In this document: positions 57,407-64,000 of the stretch, piece by piece
How positions within the stretch are numbered: position 1 is the first letter of the stretch
Layout: each line of letters starts with the position of its first letter
Virus record (IMG/VR): IMGVR_UViG_2932385599_000003
Location: 1 to 64,000 of that record
Length of the DNA stretch: 64,000 bases
Origin: a virus
Taxonomy: Duplodnaviria > Caudoviricetes
Reading direction: 5' to 3' (one strand)
Notes under the pieces: generated by a model
The model's input: the letters and a program-made list of their open reading frames with translations, nothing else
What the model was told of the DNA's origin: nothing
Database searches by the model: none
Translations under genes and position numbers: made by a program

Positions 57407-58108
57407 TCACTCGTCCGGCGATCGCTGTGCCTGGAGCCTCTCCTCCATCTCCTCGCGGCGTCGCCGTAGCGCGTCCATGCGTTCTTGGCGTGTCTGAGTG
57501 ATGGACGTGTGGTTGGCGTCGGCGTAGGACTTGGCGATCTCCTTGAGGGGTTTCTCGATCTTGGTGAGAACGGCTTCGATCCGCTTCGTCGGCCGCTCAC
57601 CGATCAGCGTCTCCGACAAGACTTCGATGTCCACCGTGTAGTGCAACGGCTCCACGTCGCCTGCGGGTCCCTTGGCCTGCACGGTGAAGTTGTACGTCAT
57701 GGGCAGGCCGCTGTTCAGGCGTGCGTTCGTATCGAAGAAGAACTCCAGCTTCCGGCCGGGCGGGAGCATCGGGATGGTGCGACTCAGCGCGGTACGAAGC
57801 GCCTCCGTGGCCTGCTCGTAAGTGGATTCGATCGGAGGGTCGACGCTGATCCGCACGTCCCGAGCAAGAGTGGGGCCGACGTTCTGGATGGTCAGGTAGA
57901 GCGCGAAGGAGCCTGGTCCACCGAAGTGGATGTCTACGATGACGTACGGCTCGTTCTTCTCCCTCTCGATCTTGCGGTTCAGTTCGAGCTGCTCCTGCGC
58001 AGCCTGCGCCTGCTTGCGGGCGTACCGCAGCGCGAGGCCGGCGGTCGTCGTGGACGCGACCACGGCCAACGCCGCAAGGGAGAACGAAACCCACTGCTCC
58101 AGATCCAT
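57407..58108 (-). CDS. membrane-anchored moron protein, probably leaderless
   Basis: N-terminal TM; EPYVIVD...IQNVGPTLARDV...LPPG; TATCCT 6 nt before ATG; lower GC3. Confidence 0.8.
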   Translation of the reverse strand: MDLEQWVSFSLAALAVVASTTTAGLALRYARKQAQAAQEQLELNRKIEREKNEPYVIVDIHFGGPGSFALYLTIQNVGPTLARDVRISVDPPIESTYEQATEALRTALSRTIPMLPPGRKLEFFFDTNARLNSGLPMTYNFTVQAKGPAGDVEPLHYTVDIEVLSETLIGERPTKRIEAVLTKIEKPLKEIAKSYADANHTSITQTRQERMDALRRRREEMEERLQAQRSPDE

Positions 58109-58158
58109 CAGGGCAGGATAGGCGCCGAGGGTGGCAGGGGCGCGGGAAAGGCGAACTT

Positions 58159-59316
58159 GTGATGGCAGAGCGGTACGCCGCGGCGTCGGTGCGGCAGCTC
58201 GCCGCGGTGGTGGAGCGGATCGCGCCGCGGGACCGGGCCCGCTGGGAGGCGCGGGAGAAGGTGCCGGGCGCCGGTGGGGTGCTGATTCAGGTGTCGCGGT
58301 CGCGGGCGGACCAGCTTTGGATGGTGGTCGGCATGTTCGACCGGGCGGTGGGCCGGGAGGAGCTGCCGGGCCGGGCTGCCAGGTCGGCGGCGCAGTTGTT
58401 CACGTGGACGACGTTGCGGCCGTTCTGGGAGCTGGCGGCGGCGGGGATGCTGCGGTCGCGGGAGCAGGAGGTGGGGCGGCCGTTGCCGGTGGCTTCGCTG
58501 CGGATCGTGCGGGACTGCTTGGACATGCTGGCGCGGGTGGTGGTGCCGGGGAAGCGGGTGCGGTTGCCGGTGGTGGAGCAGCCGGCGCCGAAGCAGGTGG
58601 TGCCGGCGAGGGCTCGGACGGCGTTGTATCGGGAGTTGGTGGACATGGCGGGGGCCGGGCGGTGGGAGCGGCAGGCGGGGTTGGGGTTGTCGGTGGAGGA
58701 GCGGGCCCGGCTGCTGGCGATGGTCGCGGTGGTGCTGGATACGGGGGCGCGGTCGGGGGAGTTGGCGGCGTTGCGGATGCCGGACCTGGCGGTGGGGGAG
58801 GAGGCGGTGGCCGTGCGGCGGCGGGTGCAGCGGGGGGCGTCGCGGGTGGAGGAGATCGCCGCGGTGGCGGAGGTGCGTCCGGCGTCGGTGCACCGGGTGC
58901 TGGGGGGTCGGTGGGAGAGCGTGTCGTACGCGACGCGGCAGCGTGTTCTGGCGGCGGTTGAGCGGCTGGAGCCGGCCCGGGAGGTGGAGTGGTATCGGTT
59001 GCGGGAGGGGACGCGGGTGGCGGTGCGGCGGTGGCTGGAGGTGCGGGAGCGGGTCATCGGGGCGTTGCCGTTGGAGGGGGGTCGGCCGGGGGTGTGGGTG
59101 ACGTTGTCGGCGACGACGGCGGGCCCGCCGGGGATCACGCTGGGGCCGCGGGGGTTGCGGATGTCGTACGGGCGGGGGATGGCGGCGTTGAATCTGGCGA
59201 TGGGGGGCCGGTGGGGGTGGGAGCCGTTGCCGACGACGATGGAGCAGCTGCGGCGTGCGGTGGATGCCGAGCCGTTGGAGGAAGGGGAGGTCGCGCGGTT
59301 GCGGTTGCGTGAGTAG
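58159..59316 (+). CDS. tyrosine-recombinase-fold protein with inserted LacI-type HTH, probably catalytically inactive
   Basis: VVLDTGARSGELAAL (box I); RVEEIAAVAEVRPASVHRVLGG...ATRQRVLAAVERL; QLRR in place of HxxR; ends before any catalytic Tyr. Confidence 0.75.
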   Translation: MMAERYAAASVRQLAAVVERIAPRDRARWEAREKVPGAGGVLIQVSRSRADQLWMVVGMFDRAVGREELPGRAARSAAQLFTWTTLRPFWELAAAGMLRSREQEVGRPLPVASLRIVRDCLDMLARVVVPGKRVRLPVVEQPAPKQVVPARARTALYRELVDMAGAGRWERQAGLGLSVEERARLLAMVAVVLDTGARSGELAALRMPDLAVGEEAVAVRRRVQRGASRVEEIAAVAEVRPASVHRVLGGRWESVSYATRQRVLAAVERLEPAREVEWYRLREGTRVAVRRWLEVRERVIGALPLEGGRPGVWVTLSATTAGPPGITLGPRGLRMSYGRGMAALNLAMGGRWGWEPLPTTMEQLRRAVDAEPLEEGEVARLRLRE

Positions 59317-59476
59317 GTGTCGCTCGGGTGCGCGTCGGGGGAGGCGGTGCCTGGGGTGGGGTCGTACGGTCGGCTGGTGGGCGCGGTGACAGGACGGCGT
59401 CCGCGTGGGGCGGCTCCGTGTCTCTTTCGCACGTGCGCGGGGCCGCCACCCTGCCGGCCGGGAGGGCTCGCTGGCC

Positions 59477-59671
59477 CTATAGGCCGGGTATGGGGTCTTG
59501 GTCGACGTGGTGGCGGTCGTGGGGGATGCGGGTGTCGGGGTCGCATTCGGGGCCGAGTCGGCGGCGGCGGGATTCGGGGTCGGTCAGCTCGCGCTTGCAC
59601 TTGCGGCACCAGACGCGGGCGGGCAGGCCGGGCGGCGGTGCGGTGAGGGGCTGCTGCTCCGGGTGGGCCAT
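59477..59671 (-). CDS. DUF6011 Zn-finger small protein
   Basis: CRKCKRELTDPESRRRRLGPEC; CAGACT 6 nt before ATG. Confidence 0.8.
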   Translation of the reverse strand: MAHPEQQPLTAPPPGLPARVWCRKCKRELTDPESRRRRLGPECDPDTRIPHDRHHVDQDPIPGL

Positions 59672-59795
59672 GTGCCCAGTCTGGCGGAGGGGGTGGCGGT
59701 GTGACATGAGGTTTCGCTACGCTGCGCGTGCGCGATGCGTGTGCATGCGTGAGGCCACCACCCGGTTCGGGGCGGTGGCCTTCGTTGTCTGCTGG

Positions 59796-60173
59796 TCAGG
59801 TGAGCGCCACTCGGTGGCGTTCGATGTACCAGCGGTGGGACTGCATGAGATCGCCGACCACGGCTGAGAGCGGCCCGTGGGCGCCGTGACTGCCGCCGAA
59901 TCCGTCCTTGTCGGCGTACGTGACCCACCACCGCTGGACGCCGCTGGCGTCCCGTCCCATGTAGGTGATCCGGGGCTTGATGGGCTTTCGGACCATGATG
60001 ACGGCATCATCTTCAAGAAGACGCTGCCAGTACGTCCTGTTCGGATACGGGCGGCCGTCGAAGGTGTTGGTGGCCGCTCGCGCCCGGTCGCGATCCTCGG
60101 TTTCCAGAATCGTCGTCCAGTCACCGAGCTGCGGGAAGGTCTTCAGGGTGGCTTGCACGCGGTAGAGCGGCAT
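59796..60173 (-). CDS. hypothetical protein
   Basis: GAAGGA RBS; MPLYRVQATLKTFPQLGDW. Confidence 0.65.
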   Translation of the reverse strand: MPLYRVQATLKTFPQLGDWTTILETEDRDRARAATNTFDGRPYPNRTYWQRLLEDDAVIMVRKPIKPRITYMGRDASGVQRWWVTYADKDGFGGSHGAHGPLSAVVGDLMQSHRWYIERHRVALT

Positions 60174-60190
60174 GAGGTGGTTCCTTCGGG

Positions 60191-60607
60191 TCAGGCGGCG
60201 AGGTGGGTGTCGGTCTGGGTGAGCTTCACGCGGGGGCGGTAGTCGGCGTCGTCCTTGTCGCGGGCCAGCTCGTAGAAGAACAGGGCCTGGGCGTCGTCGG
60301 TGGGCTGGGGCTCGGGGCGCTCGTAGGTGGTGGGCTCGGGCCGATCCAGGGTGAACGGGATGCGGTGCAGGGTGTAGGAGCGTACGCGGCTGATGCGGAA
60401 GTTGCGCTCGTCGCCGCGGAGCCGGCACATGGCGACGATGACGATGTCGCCGTCGTCGGTGGTGCGGATGTCGTGGGGCTCGATGGTGCGGACGGTGTCG
60501 GTGCCGTCGCGGTCGGTGTAGGTGATGGTGACGGCGTGGCGGCGGTCGAGGGCGCGGTAGAGGTCGGTGAGGGTCTTGGTGGTGGTCTGGCGGTTGGTGT
60601 GCTTCAC
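60191..60607 (-). CDS. stand-alone WYL-domain protein
   Basis: VTITYTDRDG..TVRTIEPHDI...AMCRLRGDERNFRISRV. Confidence 0.85.
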   Translation of the reverse strand: MKHTNRQTTTKTLTDLYRALDRRHAVTITYTDRDGTDTVRTIEPHDIRTTDDGDIVIVAMCRLRGDERNFRISRVRSYTLHRIPFTLDRPEPTTYERPEPQPTDDAQALFFYELARDKDDADYRPRVKLTQTDTHLAA

Positions 60608-60638
60608 AGCGTCCCCCGGTGGTGTGTTGGTGTGTCCC

Positions 60639-60684
60639 ACCCTACTCATATTCTCTTGCATACGCAAGAGGTTATGGTTAGGGT
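60639..60684. promoter_or_regulatory. symmetric divergent promoter pair around an operator palindrome
   Basis: Plus strand TTGCAT-17-TAGGGT; minus strand TTGCGT-17-TAGGGT; central CTCTTGC-ATAC-GCAAGAG. Confidence 0.85.
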
Positions 60685-60753
60685 GGACCCACCAGAACCG
60701 GACGCGCACACCCTCCCCGATGGCGTGCGCAAGAGAATATGGAGGAAACTGGC

Positions 60754-61344
60754 GTGGCCAACGCCCGCACGCGCCCCCCGACCACCCACCGGTCCCGGCG
60801 GCGCCCGCCGAGAGGACCCCGCCCCGTGCCCACCAAGAGCGACGCCGACCGCCGCCTGCACCACAACCTGACCGCCGCCTCCGCCAAGCTCCGCGAAACC
60901 GGCGCCCCCGACCTGGCCGAAGCCGTCGACCAGGTCCTCGCCCCCGGCGGCTGGCACGCCCTGCGCCGGCTGGAGAACGCCGCCACCGCGGCACCGAACT
61001 TCTCCATCCCCATGCGCACCGCCGACCGCGACACCGCCAAGCGCCTGTCCGAGAAGGCCGGCGAGTCCCTCACCGCCATCGTCGAGAAGCGCCTGACGGA
61101 CTTCGTCGCTGGCACCTTCGACCCGCGCGTCGCCCGCGCCACCCGCAACTCCGGCGCCGCCCAGGCCACCTCGAACCTGAACATGCGGCCCAACCCCGAC
61201 CTCGTCCAGCAGGTCCGCGCCCGCGTCGACGAGCTCAACGCCTCCGGCCGCTCCCCGAAGCTCAGCGCCGCCGGCGTGGCCCGCGCGGCGATCGAGGAGC
61301 ACTACCAGCTCGGCCAGTACAAGCCCGCGGACAAGGCGCAGTAG
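60754..61344 (+). CDS. putative DNA-binding protein with two ribbon-helix-helix-like units
   Basis: NFSIPMRTADRDTAKRLSEKAGESLTAIVEKRLTDF and NLNMRPNPDLVQQVRA...SAAGVARAAIEEH; GGAGG RBS before GTG. Confidence 0.6.
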   Translation: MANARTRPPTTHRSRRRPPRGPRPVPTKSDADRRLHHNLTAASAKLRETGAPDLAEAVDQVLAPGGWHALRRLENAATAAPNFSIPMRTADRDTAKRLSEKAGESLTAIVEKRLTDFVAGTFDPRVARATRNSGAAQATSNLNMRPNPDLVQQVRARVDELNASGRSPKLSAAGVARAAIEEHYQLGQYKPADKAQ

Positions 61345-61433
61345 CACTCCGGCACGACGGGCCCAGGGGCCGGACGCCGACAACCAGCCCCTTCGCCCCG
61401 TACCGCGCGTGACAACCCCATAGGAGAGACCTC

Positions 61434-62594
61434 ATGGCCACCGCCATCCAGGCTGCCGCACACGCGGGCGGCCCGACTTCGCACACCCTGAACCAGCCCG
61501 ACGGACTCGACTTCGAGGACGCGGTACGCGCCGCAGAGAAGGCCCGCATCGCTCTCACCGGCCCGTCCGGTTCGGGCAAGACCTACACCGCGCTCAGCAT
61601 CGGCACGGGCCTCCTGCCCGACGGCGGTACCCTCGGCGTCATCGACACCGAGCGGGGCTCCGCGTCGAAGTATGCGGGCCTGTTCACCTTCAAGACGATG
61701 AAGCTGCCCAGCTTCGAGCCGCAGGCCCTCATCCGCGCCCTCGCCGTCGCAGCGGCACGTGGCATCGACGTCGTCGTCATCGACTCGCTCACGCACTTCT
61801 GGTCCGGCCGCGGTGGCGCTCTCGCCCAGGTCGACCAGAAGACCCGGGCCGCCAACTCGAAGAACGCGTTCACCAGCGGGTGGAAGGACGTCACCCCGCT
61901 CCTGCACGACATGCTGGACGCGATCCTCGCCTACCCCGGCCACGTCATCTGCACGATGCGGGTGAAGACCGAGTGGGTGCTGCAGGAGAACCAGAACGGG
62001 AAGAAGGAGCCCACCAAGGTCGGCATGAAGCTCGACCAGCGCGACGGCATCGACTACGAGTTCGACCTCGTCGGCGCCCTCGATCAGAACCACGTCATGG
62101 TCGTGGACAAGTCCCGCTACCCGACCATTGAGGTCGGCTCCCAGCACGACAAGCCGGACTTCGCCTTCGGGCAGATGATCGCCGGCTGGCTCGACGACGG
62201 CGAGGGCAGCGCACTGGGCGTCATGGACTTCGCCCGCCTCGCCGTCGACCCGGCGATGACCCCGCAGCAGCTGCTGGACCTGCTCTCCGACGTGGAGAAC
62301 CGCGGTCTGCTTGGAGCGGCCGTCCTCGACCTGGGCAAGCAAGCTACGTCGCTGGGCTCCCTGATCCGGCTGATGGGCTCGGCGGCCCGAGCGAAGGACC
62401 CGGCCACCACCCCCGACGACCTGCGAGCCCTGCGCATCCGCATGGAGCAGGCCGGACGGATCGGCGCACTCGTCCCTGGCATGGACGGCGAGCCGACGCC
62501 TCTCGGCGACCTCATCAACTTCGTCCAGACCACCCGTCACAACAGCTCGGAGCAGGGGCGACGCGACGACGCCGGAAGGACGGCGGCCGCATGA
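61434..62594 (+). CDS. AAA_24 / Sak4-like ATPase (recombination)
   Basis: RIALTGPSGSGKTYTAL, VIDTERGSA, VIDSLTHFW, QRDGIDYEFD. Confidence 0.85.
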   Translation: MATAIQAAAHAGGPTSHTLNQPDGLDFEDAVRAAEKARIALTGPSGSGKTYTALSIGTGLLPDGGTLGVIDTERGSASKYAGLFTFKTMKLPSFEPQALIRALAVAAARGIDVVVIDSLTHFWSGRGGALAQVDQKTRAANSKNAFTSGWKDVTPLLHDMLDAILAYPGHVICTMRVKTEWVLQENQNGKKEPTKVGMKLDQRDGIDYEFDLVGALDQNHVMVVDKSRYPTIEVGSQHDKPDFAFGQMIAGWLDDGEGSALGVMDFARLAVDPAMTPQQLLDLLSDVENRGLLGAAVLDLGKQATSLGSLIRLMGSAARAKDPATTPDDLRALRIRMEQAGRIGALVPGMDGEPTPLGDLINFVQTTRHNSSEQGRRDDAGRTAAA

Positions 62595-63397
62595 CGGAGA
62601 CCCCGGATGGACGGCCCCACGGGTACGCCCGGTACAAGCTGGACGGCTGCCGCTGCAACATCTGCGGCTGGGCCGTCGCCTCCTACAACGACGCGCGCGA
62701 GCACGCCATCCGCAAGGGCCAGTGGCAGCCGTTCGTCGACGCCAGCCCTGTGCGCGAGCACCTGCTGAGCTTGCGGCAGTGCGGCATCGGGCTCCGCACC
62801 GTCGCACGCGCCTCGGGAATCGACCGCAAGCGCCTCCAGGCCATCGTGACCGGGCGGCCCGAGCGGGGGACAGGCCCCCAGCGGCAGGTCCGGCCCGACC
62901 TGGCCGCCGCCGTCTTGGCGGTCCAGCCGTCCTTCGACCTGCTGGCCCCTTCCACCCAGGTCGACTCCACCGGCACCCACCGCCGCCTCCAGGCGCTGGT
63001 GGCGGCCGGGTGGCCACAGCACCACCTGGCCGTCGCGCTCAACATGACGGACGCCAACTTCGGAAGCATGCTCCGCCAGAAGCAGGTGCTGGCTCGCCGG
63101 GCCCGGCAGGTCAACGCCCTGTACGACGACCGCTGGCACCTGGATCCCCGCGACCACGGCGTGAACGTCCAGGCGTACTCCCGAGCCCGCAACCACGCGG
63201 CCACCCGCCGCTGGGCACCGGTCGGCGCCTGGGACGACGACGACATCGACGACCCCAACGCGCTCCCCGACTGGACGGGCCAGTGCGGCACCCCCCAGGG
63301 CTACCACGCCCACCGAACCCTGAAGATCCCCGCGTGCCCGCCCTGCACCGCCGCCCACGCCGCTCGGCACCGCCAGACGAAGCAGAACGCCGCCTGA
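62591..63397 (+). CDS. actinophage Zn/HTH DNA-binding protein
   Basis: HGYARYKLDGCRCNIC, HTH segments, GTHRRLQALVAAGW, CGTPQGYHAH...CPPC. Confidence 0.8.
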   Translation: MTETPDGRPHGYARYKLDGCRCNICGWAVASYNDAREHAIRKGQWQPFVDASPVREHLLSLRQCGIGLRTVARASGIDRKRLQAIVTGRPERGTGPQRQVRPDLAAAVLAVQPSFDLLAPSTQVDSTGTHRRLQALVAAGWPQHHLAVALNMTDANFGSMLRQKQVLARRARQVNALYDDRWHLDPRDHGVNVQAYSRARNHAATRRWAPVGAWDDDDIDDPNALPDWTGQCGTPQGYHAHRTLKIPACPPCTAAHAARHRQTKQNAA

Positions 63398-63481
63398 CCC
63401 GCCCGGGTCAGGGCCGGCCGATACGCAGACCTGATCCGGGCCCCGGCGGGGCCCACTCCACTCACCCGAGGAGGCCCCGCC

Positions 63482-63754
63482 ATGGGGACCATGCTGCTCG
63501 CCTTGTCCTACCTGTCCGCCGCCGCCGTGCTGCTGCTGTACGCGGCGGCGGTCGTCGTCTACTCGCGGCACGTCCGCGACCGGCTGCGCGCGGAGCGCCG
63601 CGCCACCGTCACCGCCCGCCTCACGGCCGCCGTCGACCAGCGCGACGCCGCGGCCGCCCGCCGGGCCCGCACCGCGCACAGCGCGGTCCTCGCCGAGGCC
63701 GAGCACATCGTCGACACCGCCTACGCCACCCAGCAGGAAGGGGGACACCCGTGA
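63482..63754 (+). CDS. small membrane protein
   Basis: GAGGAGG RBS; N-terminal TM. Confidence 0.65.
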   Translation: MGTMLLALSYLSAAAVLLLYAAAVVVYSRHVRDRLRAERRATVTARLTAAVDQRDAAAARRARTAHSAVLAEAEHIVDTAYATQQEGGHP

Positions 63755-64000
63755 CCGCCACCAGCCCGGCCGCCGCCTGGCGGACCCTGACCGACCACCC
63801 CCACTACCGCTACCGCGGCTGCCAGCCGGACCCGGAGCAGCCGGCCCGCGCCGCGGGCGACCCGGACCTCAGCATCAACGCGTGGCTGCCGTACACCGGC
63901 GACGGGCAGGAGAACCAGGCCGACCGGCACGCCCGTGAGCGGGCCGCGATCGTCGTGTGCGGGTTCTGCCCCGTCAAGGCCGCGTGCCTCGCGTACGCGA
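63751..64000 (+). CDS. WhiB-family Fe-S regulator (cut off by the window end)
   Basis: GTGA coupling; YRGC...ERAAIVVCGFCPVKAACLAYA. Confidence 0.75.
   Translation, partial: MTATSPAAAWRTLTDHPHYRYRGCQPDPEQPARAAGDPDLSINAWLPYTGDGQENQADRHARERAAIVVCGFCPVKAACLAYA

Larger units (their letters stand above)
1..64000. mobile_element. Streptomyces-type temperate siphophage / conjugative phage-plasmid (ends not visible)
   Basis: Contiguous terminase-portal-capsid-tail-lysis genes, a phage replication module, a TraB/GntR/Spd-like transfer module and a Cre-like recombinase. No host genes recognised. Confidence 0.9.

Overview
The whole 64 kb looks like the interior of one high-GC, Streptomyces-type temperate phage or phage-plasmid. 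I saw no host housekeeping genes, element ends, att sites, rRNA, tRNA or CRISPR array. Layout: (1) early and accessory genes at 1-12.8 kb, including a DEDDh exoribonuclease, a candidate anti-defence operon (acidic small protein plus Aca2/DUF1870-like HTH behind an operator-containing promoter), an SOS-boxed DUF6233 gene and a LuxR HTH; (2) a replication module at 12.9-16.2 kb with a truncated DnaB-like helicase and an HTH initiator carrying internal iteron-like dyads; (3) a Streptomyces plasmid-type conjugation module at 16.4-26.5 kb with a GntR/KorA-like repressor, Spd-like membrane proteins, a DUF2637-like protein and an FtsK/SpoIIIE TraB translocase; (4) an apparently intact siphovirus packaging, head, tail and lysis region at 27.7-55 kb; (5) a Cre-like tyrosine recombinase about 570 bp from a perfect 12-8-12 lox-like site, a probably inactive recombinase-fold protein with an inserted LacI-type HTH, a WYL gene, a symmetric back-to-back promoter, and Sak4-like and WhiB-like genes at 55-64 kb. 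The strongest leads are the phage/conjugative-plasmid hybrid architecture, a new Cre/lox-like pair, an uncalled 39-aa type I toxin-like cassette between terminase and portal, the acr-aca-like operon, and several repeated cis motifs. All product calls come from reading motifs by eye; no database searches or folding programs were run.
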